DNA of 43,167 bases from contig JAOACC010000037.1 of assembly GCA_026418035.1 (NCBI GenBank), positions 1-43,167 on the forward strand. Direction: 5' to 3'. This stretch comes from a bacterium (lineage in GTDB: Bacteria > DUMJ01). Shown here piece by piece: positions 1-9,683 of the stretch. Under the pieces are notes generated by a model that was not told where the DNA came from, ran no database searches, and worked only from the letters and a program-made list of their open reading frames with translations. The first letter of the stretch is position 1, and every line of letters starts with the position of its first letter. Made by a program: the position numbers and the translations under genes.

Positions 1-2
1 TA

Positions 3-782
3 AATAGAGATGAGATAAATCAACTTATATATCATGGTGTGGGTAAGCCAAGAGCTGCTACCGTAATACCACAGTCTGTATATTACGATCCATCTGTAGA
101 GAAATTATACGCGGAATATGACCCTGTTAAGGCTAATAACATTTTAGATGAGCTTGGACTTAAAAAAAGAGGACCAGATGGGTATAGATTAAGACCAGAT
201 GGTAAGACCTTTTCAGTAACAATAAACGTAGCCCCAGTCTTTGGACCTTGGATAGATGTGTGTGAAATGGTTAAGGGCTATTGGGAAAAACTTGGGATAA
301 AGACTGCAGTAAATACTATGGAGAGAGCTCTGCTTTATTCAAGGGCATATGCTGGAGATTTTGAGATGATGGCTTGGAGCGTTGACAGGTCATCTCAACC
401 TTGGTCTTATCCTTGTTGGTGGGTTCCAATGACTAATGAATGTTTCTATGCTCCTCTTACTGGTGTATGGTACACTACAGGAGGGAAAGGAGGAGAAGAA
501 CCTACAAGTCCAGAATTAAAGAAGATAATAGAATTGTATGATAAAATGAAAGTTACTACAGATGCAACAGTAAGAGCTCGTCTTGCCAAAGAAATCTTAC
601 GACTCCATGCTAAGAACGTCTTTGTAATTGGGACTGTAGGGCTTGTTCCTAGCACTATGTGCGTTGGAGTAGTAAAGAACTATTTCAAGAACGTTCCAGA
701 TGAAACCCACGGTGCAGTATCTGATGTAATATTTATGTCTCCTGGTAACGGATTTCCAGCACAGTTCTTTATAAAGAAGTAA
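3..782 (+). CDS. ABC transporter solute-binding protein, family 5 (oligosaccharide/peptide type), 5'-truncated
   Basis: Frame is open from base 3 (NRDEINQLIYHGVGKPR), matching INREEINQIAYLGLGKPR of the paralog at 25458. Shares GYRLRPDGK, VVKNxFxNVP and QFFIKK motifs. Confidence 0.9.
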   Translation, partial: NRDEINQLIYHGVGKPRAATVIPQSVYYDPSVEKLYAEYDPVKANNILDELGLKKRGPDGYRLRPDGKTFSVTINVAPVFGPWIDVCEMVKGYWEKLGIKTAVNTMERALLYSRAYAGDFEMMAWSVDRSSQPWSYPCWWVPMTNECFYAPLTGVWYTTGGKGGEEPTSPELKKIIELYDKMKVTTDATVRARLAKEILRLHAKNVFVIGTVGLVPSTMCVGVVKNYFKNVPDETHGAVSDVIFMSPGNGFPAQFFIKK

Positions 783-796
783 AGATTTTTAAATTT

Positions 797-830
797 ATGG
801 GCTGGCATTCGCCAGCCCGTTTTATTTTAT
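797..830. terminator. Intrinsic terminator between convergent genes
   Basis: Stem GGGCTGGC-ATTC-GCCAGCCC (799-818) followed by GTTTTATTTT on the + strand. Confidence 0.8.
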
Positions 831-1970
831 CATTTTATCTTGAAGGGAGTACCAGAGGTCTAGAACTTTTTCAGGATTTTCATACCATTCTGGAAGATCA
901 GAGCTAGATGGCATAAATATTAATCCACATCTCGTTTTTCTCTCACTAAAAGGTCTTAATATTCTCTCAAAGTAATCTTTTAATGTCTCAACCTCACTTC
1001 TAGGGAAATTCCCAAAGTAGAATTTCTTGTAGTCTAGAATTAGATTCATAGTAGCGTAATAATTATATCTCTCTGGATTTCCAAAGTTTAATCCCTTTAC
1101 TTCTGGCATATCTAGCAGGTCCTTCAAGAATTGATGTCCACTACCGCAAAAATGAACCCAACCTCCACTAAACGGTCTCAGAGCTTCTGCTATGTAAGGG
1201 GAAACAAATTCCTTAAATGTCTTTGGAGAAAGTAGTGTTGTTGTGTCCTCACAACATCTTACTCCGCCATTTTCCATATAGAGAACCCCATGATATCCTG
1301 AATCTAAAGGTTCTCCTATTACTTCTTTGAGCACTTTGGAGACACTTATATAAGCATTGGTTGTGATCTTTAATAGATGATGAATGAAATCAGGGTCATC
1401 ATATATATCTATAAAGATAGTGTCTCCATATACTAGGTGAGCTATATCTAGAGGTCCCTGAGTATCGGATAAATACAAGTGAGCTTTTCCATTTAATTTT
1501 TCTTTAAAAAAGTTTATATATTCTATAGCAGTTGGAACAAGCCCTCTATCTCTAACAAAGTCTTCATCAACCTCTTCTGGGTTTATGGAAAGAATCTGCT
1601 CTTTTGTCAAATGTTCTTTTAACCAGGGCATTATATCATCAAATATTATCTGGTTAAGGCCAAAAACAGAAGCAACAAAACCGGTCCCTAAGTTAGCTCT
1701 CATAGAGAGCTGAGCATCTCCAGGTAGTCTTGCCCTTCCTATTAATTCCCATAGATGCATAACTAGCATCTTTTCTGGATTATAAAACTGTTCCTTGAGA
1801 TTATAAGAAGGGAACCTTTCTTTTTCTGGAATATAAATGGGTGGAGGAATAATTGGTATATAGTCTGGTTCATCTCCTCTCCACACACTAGCCTGCCTCT
1901 TTTTTCCCAGTTCTATCCTTTCTAAATCTGGTTGTAATAGTTCTAATACATACTCAATCTCTGATAGCAT
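822..1970 (-). CDS. Uroporphyrinogen decarboxylase/MtaA-like (URO-D/CIMS TIM-barrel) family protein, divergent; not HemE
   Basis: SDTQGPLDIAHLVYG, LLSPKTFKEFVSPY and WVHFCG motifs typical of URO-D/methyltransferase-2-like proteins. No RQAGR motif. Confidence 0.7.
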   Translation of the reverse strand: MLSEIEYVLELLQPDLERIELGKKRQASVWRGDEPDYIPIIPPPIYIPEKERFPSYNLKEQFYNPEKMLVMHLWELIGRARLPGDAQLSMRANLGTGFVASVFGLNQIIFDDIMPWLKEHLTKEQILSINPEEVDEDFVRDRGLVPTAIEYINFFKEKLNGKAHLYLSDTQGPLDIAHLVYGDTIFIDIYDDPDFIHHLLKITTNAYISVSKVLKEVIGEPLDSGYHGVLYMENGGVRCCEDTTTLLSPKTFKEFVSPYIAEALRPFSGGWVHFCGSGHQFLKDLLDMPEVKGLNFGNPERYNYYATMNLILDYKKFYFGNFPRSEVETLKDYFERILRPFSERKTRCGLIFMPSSSDLPEWYENPEKVLDLWYSLQDKMIK

Positions 1971-2018
1971 CTGTAATACCCCCTTATGTGGTTTTTAGAA
2001 ATATAAACGGATTCATAA

Positions 2019-4418
2019 TTATTCTTCCAGAAGATTTACTTCTCTTACAGATAGGTTTTTATCTTTCGGAATTGAGAAGCTTTTTATCTCGCAAGGCTTA
2101 AAAGTAGTAAACCAGATTCTATCAAACAACTTGAATTTAGCTTTTGTCTCTTTACCAATAGTCTCATATGCTCTAAGAATGATGTCATCACTGTCTTCTC
2201 CCTCTTTTATTACAGTTACTATTATGTTTTCTTTATCTACAGAGATAAAACTCTGCTCTTGGGGTAGAATCCCTGGGTGTTTATATTCTACAAAAGCTAT
2301 TACAGGATTGTTTAGGCTTTCAGCTAATTTTACAGTATCGCTGTCTCTCCAATCTCCTTTGTGTGGATAGATTATGTATGTAAAATCTTGTTCTCCCTGG
2401 TCTATATATCTATAATCCTCATGTGGATCTAACACTCTCGGGATATGATGTGCATATACAGGACTTCTTAAGACTGTTAAAGATAACACGTTGTTATCAA
2501 CATCATAGCTATATTTGGCATTATTAATGATACTTAAACCATAGTTTCCGTCTCCTACATCTACCCATTCTCCACCAGGCTCTTCTTCTCCATTGGAGGG
2601 TCTAGTTATAAACCCATAAGGAATCTGATATGTGGCGATAGGATTGTTTACATTAACTGGAAACTTAAGCTTTAACATCTTTAATTGCTCATGCCAATCT
2701 ACAGTTACTTTTACTTCTATATACTTTAATGTCCTATAGATTGTAAATTCTTGTATAAGTTTAGATTTATTGTAATGGCTTTCTACTTTTACTGTTCCCT
2801 TAATAGGCCCTGCTTCTAATACTTTGATTTTGGCATCTAAGAATCTTCCTATTTCATTCTTAAAGCTAAAAACGTTATGACTCCAAGTATCACTAGGGTC
2901 ATCTATAACTACAGGTACAGCTGAGTTTCCTAAAAAGACATCCTTTTCATTTTCTTTATCATATAATCTCTTTATATACCCTGTCTTAGTATCTATCTCT
3001 AGGTATAACCAATCATTCTCTAAGATGTTTTCTTTTACATTTAGAGAATAGGGAAGGTGAACATCATATTTTTCGGGAACTATCCTATAGACCTTGTAAC
3101 CATATGGTAAAAGTTTATCAGTAAATATGATCTTTACCCTTCCTCCTGGAGTAGTAGCGGAGGGCTTAGATATCTGTGAAGGAATTAGATTATCTTTTGT
3201 ATCTAGAATGCTTAAATTTTTATCTCCCCAAGGAATGTCGATTTCTATAGGTGTCATTCTCTCAAATGAAGTAGTGTTAAATACTATCAAAGGTTCCCCC
3301 TTGCCTTGGGTATTAATGTCATTAGCTATATTATGTGTAGCATAAACTATTATCTTACTAGCTTTATCCTCTATGCCGCCATGCATAGCCTTTATATCCT
3401 CGTATGCTTCTGGTATACTTGTACCTGCTAAGATATCGTGAAACTGAGTAAATAATAGTGTCTGCCAGATAATCCTTAAATTATCCTTAGGATAGATAAG
3501 ATTTTTTATTTCTCTTCCCATTATTGCGATCTTTTCTCCATTCAAGAGAAGATGTTCTAATTTTCTGTTGTTTTTCTTTATCCAAGAAAGAACTGAATAA
3601 CATCCACTTGCATGATGCTGTAAGTCATCCTTTACTACGGGGAAATCTAATCCTTTGCTAGATATCTCTTCAAAAAATTTATTAGGTGAACTAAAGATAA
3701 GTCTAGGTAAGTCCTCTCTTTTATCTAGTTCTATTATATTTTCTATGTTTTCTTTTGTCGGACCTCCACCATGGTCTCCTACTCCATAAAAACACATAAG
3801 GGTATCTATCTTTTCATTAAGCTTCTCTGCTACTCTTTTTACCTGACTTTCTACCTCTTTGCCCCAAGTAGCATAGGAGAAGGGGACCCTATAGGCTAGT
3901 ATCCTTGAGCCATCAGGACTTTCCCACCAGAATATATCTTCTGGTAAATCCTTTTCATGTGGTCCTGGCCTCATAAAGACATAATAATCTATTCCCATTT
4001 TCTTTAGAATTTGTGGAATCATCCAATTATGTCCAAAAGAGTCTGGGTTATAACCAACCTTTGCTTCTATACCAAACTTCTCTTCGAAATACTTTTGTCC
4101 ATATAATCCTTGTCTTACTAGTGCCTCACCAGAGGGAATATTACAGTCTGGTTCTATCCACCATCCCCCTACTATACACCATCTTCCTTCTTCTACTTTT
4201 TCTTGTATCTTTTTGAATAACTTAGGATCAGTTTCTTCTACCCACTTATATAGACAGGCACTAGATGCAGTAAATATAAACTCTGAATATTCTTCTATTC
4301 TTTCAATAGCAGATTTAAATGTTGCCCTTGTAGTTACTAACCCTTCGTCCCACTTCCACAACCAAACCGGATCAATATGGGCATTACCAATCATATGGAG
4401 AATAAATCTCTTACTCAT
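2019..4418 (-). CDS. Alpha-mannosidase, glycoside hydrolase family 38
   Basis: GNAHIDPVWLW (Zn HxD), PDSFGH nucleophile, GDHGGGPT and QFHDILAG motifs. ATGA overlap with the ROK gene. Confidence 0.93.
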   Translation of the reverse strand: MSKRFILHMIGNAHIDPVWLWKWDEGLVTTRATFKSAIERIEEYSEFIFTASSACLYKWVEETDPKLFKKIQEKVEEGRWCIVGGWWIEPDCNIPSGEALVRQGLYGQKYFEEKFGIEAKVGYNPDSFGHNWMIPQILKKMGIDYYVFMRPGPHEKDLPEDIFWWESPDGSRILAYRVPFSYATWGKEVESQVKRVAEKLNEKIDTLMCFYGVGDHGGGPTKENIENIIELDKREDLPRLIFSSPNKFFEEISSKGLDFPVVKDDLQHHASGCYSVLSWIKKNNRKLEHLLLNGEKIAIMGREIKNLIYPKDNLRIIWQTLLFTQFHDILAGTSIPEAYEDIKAMHGGIEDKASKIIVYATHNIANDINTQGKGEPLIVFNTTSFERMTPIEIDIPWGDKNLSILDTKDNLIPSQISKPSATTPGGRVKIIFTDKLLPYGYKVYRIVPEKYDVHLPYSLNVKENILENDWLYLEIDTKTGYIKRLYDKENEKDVFLGNSAVPVVIDDPSDTWSHNVFSFKNEIGRFLDAKIKVLEAGPIKGTVKVESHYNKSKLIQEFTIYRTLKYIEVKVTVDWHEQLKMLKLKFPVNVNNPIATYQIPYGFITRPSNGEEEPGGEWVDVGDGNYGLSIINNAKYSYDVDNNVLSLTVLRSPVYAHHIPRVLDPHEDYRYIDQGEQDFTYIIYPHKGDWRDSDTVKLAESLNNPVIAFVEYKHPGILPQEQSFISVDKENIIVTVIKEGEDSDDIILRAYETIGKETKAKFKLFDRIWFTTFKPCEIKSFSIPKDKNLSVREVNLLEE

Positions 4419-5635
4419 GATCCCTCCTTCTTTATCATCTTATAAGGGTTTTTATAAAATTCATAGAGAGCAATTGTCGCTGCTCCAACAACACCTGTAT
4501 CTTTCCCTATATTTGAAGCAAGTATTCTAGTCTGCTCAGGGGAAATTGAGAAACTCCTTTCTCTTACTAATCTCTCTACTCTTGGTATAATGAGGTCTGC
4601 TCCATTAATAATAGCCTCTCTACCTAACACTACAGCCTGAGGACTAAATGTATTTATTACATTTACTAATCCAACACCGAGCCAGAAGCAATAATCATTT
4701 AAAATCTCAATTGCCTCAATATTTCCTTCTCTAGCGGTTCTATAAAAGATAGAGAGTGTTTCTAATGGGTCTTCTTTTATTAAATGGCTCAGTTTCTCTT
4801 TTATTCTTTCTATAAGAGAACCAACAGACGTGTAAAGTTCCAGGCATCCATAATTCCCACAACTGCATTTAGGACCGTTTATATCTACAGTAGTATGCCC
4901 TAATTCTCCTGCCAGTTCTCCAGCACCTCTATATATCTCCCCATTAATTATTATTCCAGCTCCAACGCCTGTGCCTATTGCAAGATAGACAAAATTATCT
5001 ATATCCTTACAAGAACCAAACCACTTTTCTCCTAATGCACATGCTTTAGCATCATTCTCTATAAATGTAGGTAGGTGAAACTCTCTTTCTATTATCTCTT
5101 TTAAGGGGATATTTCTCCAACCAGTGAAATTTGGCGGTGAGATAATAATCCCCTTACTTGGACTTAAAGGGCCAGGAGAACCTATCCCTATGGCAATAAT
5201 TTTTCCCCTTATCTTCGGCTCTATTTCTTCGAGAAGAGATCGCACGACATCTTTAAGTGTATTTAGCGTAATGGGAAAATGTTGATATAAATCAGAATTA
5301 ACTCTCTTTGAGGTTAATAAATTACCCCCAAGATCTACTAGTCCGCAGGATATAGAAGTCCTTGCTAAGTCTATACCTAATACATAATAAGCATCATTAT
5401 TAATACTTAGTAGGGTTCTACTCCTACCTATCTCTCCTTTTACATTTCCTACCTCTCTTACAAGTCCCTTTCTTATAAGTTCATCAACTAGGCTTGTTAT
5501 AGTAGTTGGAGTTAGAGATGTGATCTCTGTCAGCTCTATGCGAGAAATTGGTGAATATGTTCTTATGGTTTGTAGTACTAGACTTCTATTGTAATTTCTT
5601 ACTTCAGGTAGATTTCTCCCTTGTCGTTTTTTCAC
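4415..5635 (-). CDS. ROK-family transcriptional repressor (XylR/NagC-like)
   Basis: N-terminal wHTH (SRIELTEITSLTPTTIT), ENDAKACALGE, GTGVGAG, GELGH and CSCGNYGCLE Zn motif. GTG start. Confidence 0.92.
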   Translation of the reverse strand: MKKRQGRNLPEVRNYNRSLVLQTIRTYSPISRIELTEITSLTPTTITSLVDELIRKGLVREVGNVKGEIGRSRTLLSINNDAYYVLGIDLARTSISCGLVDLGGNLLTSKRVNSDLYQHFPITLNTLKDVVRSLLEEIEPKIRGKIIAIGIGSPGPLSPSKGIIISPPNFTGWRNIPLKEIIEREFHLPTFIENDAKACALGEKWFGSCKDIDNFVYLAIGTGVGAGIIINGEIYRGAGELAGELGHTTVDINGPKCSCGNYGCLELYTSVGSLIERIKEKLSHLIKEDPLETLSIFYRTAREGNIEAIEILNDYCFWLGVGLVNVINTFSPQAVVLGREAIINGADLIIPRVERLVRERSFSISPEQTRILASNIGKDTGVVGAATIALYEFYKNPYKMIKKEGS

Positions 5636-5641
5636 TCTAAC

Positions 5642-7897
5642 CTATCTCGCCTCTTTCATAATTATCCTCAGCCATTCCTTATATCTCTCTAGGCTAAACG
5701 GTGGATATCCCAAAAGATAATGATTTAGATACTTATTTTTATCGAGTTCCCACTCTATAATAAATAATCTCTTTTCCCCTCTACTTACTTTAATCTTACC
5801 TAATATTTTCTTAGATAAAGGTGAGACTAGAAAATCTCCAGAATTTAACTCTTCTTTAGTATCAGCATCGTATATTCTATAAGTTCCTTGCATTTCTATA
5901 AAAGTATCATTTACTCCTACTACTTTCACATACCAGCTTTCTGGTTCTGTAATCATTATACAGAATGGTTCTTGAACCCTTTTTATATAATAATAGGCAA
6001 GTTTTTTATTGAAATAGTAGTCAACTATAGCGTCTGAAATCTGAGGCCAACAATCTATTACATTCCACCATATAATACCCCATATATCATCAGAAAGTCT
6101 AGCTCTCTCTATAAAAAATTTCTTTGCCTCTGCCTGTGTAATTTGACTAGCTAGGATAAAGTCCTCTATATTTTCTGGAATAATTCCAAATAACTCTCTT
6201 ATTTGATTAGCCATCAGTTCATTTCTATTGTAGCTCCTTCTCTTTGATCTCCAGTGCTCCACTGAATGTAGTCTCCAGTAGTCATTATCCCAGTGCCACA
6301 GATAATCTTCAGGTATAAATTTTTTCAAACTTTCTAGATTTGGGCACCCATGGTATCCTATTTCACTTATGAACTTTGCTTTGTTTTCAGTGTAGAATCT
6401 ACTTTTATAATAATCCCTAGGTCCCCATAGATGCTGTTCAGGTGGAGTCAATTTCCCATTTGACTTAACTACCATATCAGAAATATAAGGTGATGAAGGT
6501 AAATATGGTCTATATGGATCTAATCTCTTGCAGACAGAGGGTAAGACCTTTCTAGTTAATATGTTATCAGAAGGGAGAAGATTTTCCAAGTTATAAGCAT
6601 AATCGCACTCATTATCTCCTGACCAGAGTATCAAACTTGGATGATTCCTCAATCTTTTTACTATCTTTATAACCTCTTCTTCTACTGTCTTTTTAAATTC
6701 TTCTATCTGAGGATATCTAGCACAGGCAAAGGTAAAGTCCTGCCAAACTACTATTCCGTGAGAATCACAAAAGTCAAAGAATTCTTCTGACTCATAGACT
6801 CCTCCACCCCAGCATCTTATTATATTACAGCCTAGATCGTTAAAAAGTTCTAAAACAGGAATGACCCTTTCTCTATCTCTTGAATGGAATGCATCTAGTG
6901 GAACCCAGTTAGAACCCCTTAGTCTTACTGGAATGCTATTTATTATGAATTTAAAAGTTCCTTCTTCAGCAGTCTCAGTTCTCTCTAGATGAACAGTCCT
7001 TATACCAATTTTATTTATTTTTTCATCTAAGATTTCTCCATCATAAATAAGCTCACACTTTACTTCGTATAGATTAGGTTCACCGTAACCTTTGGGCCAC
7101 CATAGAAGAGGGTCTTTCAAGTTTATAGCAATATGTCCTGTTATAAACTCTACTGGAAATTCGAATATTTGTTTTTTACCATCTTTGTCAGTAAAGGTAA
7201 ATCTTAAAATAAACTCTTCAAAGTATTGTAGATTGGTCCTAAACTTAAAGAATATATCTAAAGTAGCAAGGTTATCTTCTACTTTTACTGTAGCATAGTA
7301 AAGTTCTTCTATCTCGTTATCTTTAATCTCCCTTAATTCTATATCCTTCCATATCCCAGAGGATACTATTCTTGGAGCTATGTCCCAACCAAATGAATGC
7401 TGAGCCTTTCTAAGCCATAATGCTTCCTCTCTTCCTTCCCAAGAGACAGTTATTGCCTCATAATTTCTATCCTTTGCCCAGAGAATAGGGGAATCTATCT
7501 TTACTATAAGGTTATTTTCCTCTTTTAAAAGACCTGTCACTTCAAATTCATACTCGATAAACATATTATTAGTCTTACCTAAAAGATTTCCATTTAGCCA
7601 TACTCTAGCAATAGTATCAATGCCATAAAAGATAAGTTTGAATTTTTTATCTAGAAACTCTTTGGGTACTTTGAAGTTCTTTTCATACCACCATTCGTAA
7701 AACTCATATTTACGTAGGTTTAAATAATTCTTTCCGAAGAATGGATCTTGTATTAACCTAGCATTTAATAGGTCTAGATATACATCTCCAGGCACAGTAG
7801 CCTTAATATGTTGAAATTTCTCCTTAGCCTCATCAATATCCTTTACCTTCCCTTGAGGACCAAAATATAAATCCCAAGTACCAGAGAGAGAAAACAT
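5642..7897 (-). CDS. Beta-mannosidase-type glycoside hydrolase family 2
   Basis: RKAQHSFGWD, GSNWVP, IRCWGGGVYE, WSGDNE (acid/base), FISEIG (nucleophile) and DCWPQIS motifs. GGAGG RBS. Confidence 0.88.
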   Translation of the reverse strand: MFSLSGTWDLYFGPQGKVKDIDEAKEKFQHIKATVPGDVYLDLLNARLIQDPFFGKNYLNLRKYEFYEWWYEKNFKVPKEFLDKKFKLIFYGIDTIARVWLNGNLLGKTNNMFIEYEFEVTGLLKEENNLIVKIDSPILWAKDRNYEAITVSWEGREEALWLRKAQHSFGWDIAPRIVSSGIWKDIELREIKDNEIEELYYATVKVEDNLATLDIFFKFRTNLQYFEEFILRFTFTDKDGKKQIFEFPVEFITGHIAINLKDPLLWWPKGYGEPNLYEVKCELIYDGEILDEKINKIGIRTVHLERTETAEEGTFKFIINSIPVRLRGSNWVPLDAFHSRDRERVIPVLELFNDLGCNIIRCWGGGVYESEEFFDFCDSHGIVVWQDFTFACARYPQIEEFKKTVEEEVIKIVKRLRNHPSLILWSGDNECDYAYNLENLLPSDNILTRKVLPSVCKRLDPYRPYLPSSPYISDMVVKSNGKLTPPEQHLWGPRDYYKSRFYTENKAKFISEIGYHGCPNLESLKKFIPEDYLWHWDNDYWRLHSVEHWRSKRRSYNRNELMANQIRELFGIIPENIEDFILASQITQAEAKKFFIERARLSDDIWGIIWWNVIDCWPQISDAIVDYYFNKKLAYYYIKRVQEPFCIMITEPESWYVKVVGVNDTFIEMQGTYRIYDADTKEELNSGDFLVSPLSKKILGKIKVSRGEKRLFIIEWELDKNKYLNHYLLGYPPFSLERYKEWLRIIMKEAR

Positions 7898-7910
7898 AAT
7901 TTTTTACCTC

Positions 7911-8933
7911 CTATTCTATCTCCTTCAGTGGTCTACTCCACTCTTCGAATACTGCCTCTATGTTCTCTTTTGGATCTTTTAAACCCCATTCACACTGGGC
8001 AATTACACCACCTCTACCTGTATCAAGAGCCTTTCTCACTCTTCTTACCGCTAATCTTACCTCTTCTACCGTTCCAAATGGAAGTATATATTGTCTATCT
8101 ATCTCGCCCCAGAAGGTAATCTTTCCCTTATACCTTCTTCCTAGCTCTTCTATATTCATACAAAAGAGCTGTGAATTTATAGCATCTATTCCTATCTCTA
8201 TCAAGTCTTGATAAATTGCTTCTATATGACCATCTGAATGAAAGAAAACAAACTTGTTATGAGATTTTAATACTTCACAGTAGTCTTTGTATAGAGGTTT
8301 AAAGAATTCCCTCCAAAGTTTAGGAGAAATAAGGAGTGAATTTTGAGTGCCCCAATCATCCATAAAAGATACGCCATCTATATCTGTCTTTGCCCACATC
8401 TCTAATTCTTTGATGTAGAATTCATGTAACATATCACGTAACGCGTATACTTCTTTTACACCATAGGCTAGATCTAAAAATAGATTTTCTGTTCCTCTTA
8501 AAAATTGCATCCTTTCAAAAGGTCTTACCTCAGTTCCGACTTTAACGAATTTATCTGTTTCTGCACAGCTTTTATTAACTTCCGAGAGGTCCGCCTCTTC
8601 TAGTAACTCCCAAGGTGGCTGATAATTTTTGATCGCTGACCAATCTTTTAAAGGTGGTTCTTTTACCTCACCAACAACCCCTGATTCAGCAACTTTCCAG
8701 ACACAACCCCACGCGTCTACGTATTCTCCAACCACATTTGGTTTACCCTTTGCCCTTTTACTAACGCCATATCTATATCTTGGTGTTGTGAAATCAGATG
8801 GGTATTTGCCTAAGACCTCTTCTAATTCCTTTTTCCTGAACATCTCTACCCCTGGAAGATACCATAGTTCTCTTGGAACCCTATCAGGATTCTCAAATCT
8901 TAGAGCTCTTATAACTCTTTCCCTTGAAGTCAT
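7911..8933 (-). CDS. URO-D/MtaA-CmuA-like family protein; not HemE
   Basis: MTSRERV...PDRVP N-terminus, DAWG, PFERMQFLRG, DDWGTQ..LLISP, FFHSDG, GEIDRQ and GGVIAQCEWG motifs. Confidence 0.85.
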   Translation of the reverse strand: MTSRERVIRALRFENPDRVPRELWYLPGVEMFRKKELEEVLGKYPSDFTTPRYRYGVSKRAKGKPNVVGEYVDAWGCVWKVAESGVVGEVKEPPLKDWSAIKNYQPPWELLEEADLSEVNKSCAETDKFVKVGTEVRPFERMQFLRGTENLFLDLAYGVKEVYALRDMLHEFYIKELEMWAKTDIDGVSFMDDWGTQNSLLISPKLWREFFKPLYKDYCEVLKSHNKFVFFHSDGHIEAIYQDLIEIGIDAINSQLFCMNIEELGRRYKGKITFWGEIDRQYILPFGTVEEVRLAVRRVRKALDTGRGGVIAQCEWGLKDPKENIEAVFEEWSRPLKEIE

Positions 8934-8953
8934 AATGTTTCCTCTGTATTTGT

Positions 8954-8981
8954 ATTATAAAAATAAAAGGGATAAACTCAA
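8954..8981 (-). promoter_or_regulatory. Putative sigma70 promoter of the URO-D/mannosidase operon
   Basis: Minus strand TTGAGT (8981-8976), 16-bp spacer, TATAAT (8959-8954). Confidence 0.55.
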
Positions 8982-8998
8982 TAAGAGTTATCCCTTTT
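8960..8998 (-). terminator. Intrinsic terminator after the PsbP-like gene
   Basis: AAAAGGGATA(A)ACTC...GAGTTATCCCTTTT inverted repeat (8965-8998), with a T-rich tail on the minus strand. Confidence 0.7.
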
Positions 8999-9028
8999 TC
9001 TATCTATATCGAGTATTCAAAGTCTGAT

Positions 9029-9571
9029 TTATTCTAAAAACTTAAAGCTTGCTATTATCTGTCTAAATGTAGCTTCCATATCCTGAAAGCTTTCAGAAAT
9101 TGTATCACAGAGAACTGCTACACCATAATTGTCCTTTACAGTATAAGCCTCCATAGTCTTTACAGGGATACTAATATTTTGACCCTTAAAGGTAAATGAA
9201 TATACCCTTAACATACCGGGAGACCCAGCTAAGTTATATTCTACTATAGAATTCTCAACATAATCAGGAAGATTATCCTTTAACCATTTACCAACTGCTT
9301 CAGCATACTGTTTAGCAGTAAATCCCTCGGGAATCTCCTCCATCATTACAATTAGTTCAGAAGAAGTTTCTTCATCATAAAACCAAGCCAAAGCGCCTTC
9401 TAGTTCTCCTTCTATCCAGCCTTCAGGGTAGGATATACTGAATCCCACTTCTGAGTCGGTATAGGTATTTTTTAATTCTTGACTTGCTGACTCTTGTGCC
9501 ATTACAGAAACTGCAGAAAAGAGAAATGAGAAGATTAACACTAAGCTAACTAAAGTTTTTTTGTAAATCAT
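9029..9571 (-). CDS. Secreted PsbP/Mog1p/DcrB-like protein
   Basis: Signal peptide ending VMA-QE, YTDSEVGFSISYPEGW motif and FRQIIASFKF C-terminus. Start moved to the ATG at 9571 behind a GGAGG RBS. Confidence 0.65.
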   Translation of the reverse strand: MIYKKTLVSLVLIFSFLFSAVSVMAQESASQELKNTYTDSEVGFSISYPEGWIEGELEGALAWFYDEETSSELIVMMEEIPEGFTAKQYAEAVGKWLKDNLPDYVENSIVEYNLAGSPGMLRVYSFTFKGQNISIPVKTMEAYTVKDNYGVAVLCDTISESFQDMEATFRQIIASFKFLE

Positions 9572-9624
9572 TTCAAAAACCTCCATTCCTTTTTAGCCAT
9601 TAGGCTTAAATTTAATTACAACTC

Positions 9625-9654
9625 ATTATAACATATTTTTCATTATGATAAAAT
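9625..9654. promoter_or_regulatory. Back-to-back extended -10 promoters of divergent genes
   Basis: Minus strand TGTTATAAT (9633-9625); plus strand TGATAAAAT (9646-9654). Confidence 0.45.
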
Positions 9655-9683
9655 AGAAGAGAGATTTTTGATAAAAGAGGTGT

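Noticed and set aside
5642-7913. Pyrrolysine or stop-codon read-through at TAG stops near methyltransferase-like genes
   Set aside because: The proteins are full length at their stops, the next genes start right after, and no pyl genes are present.
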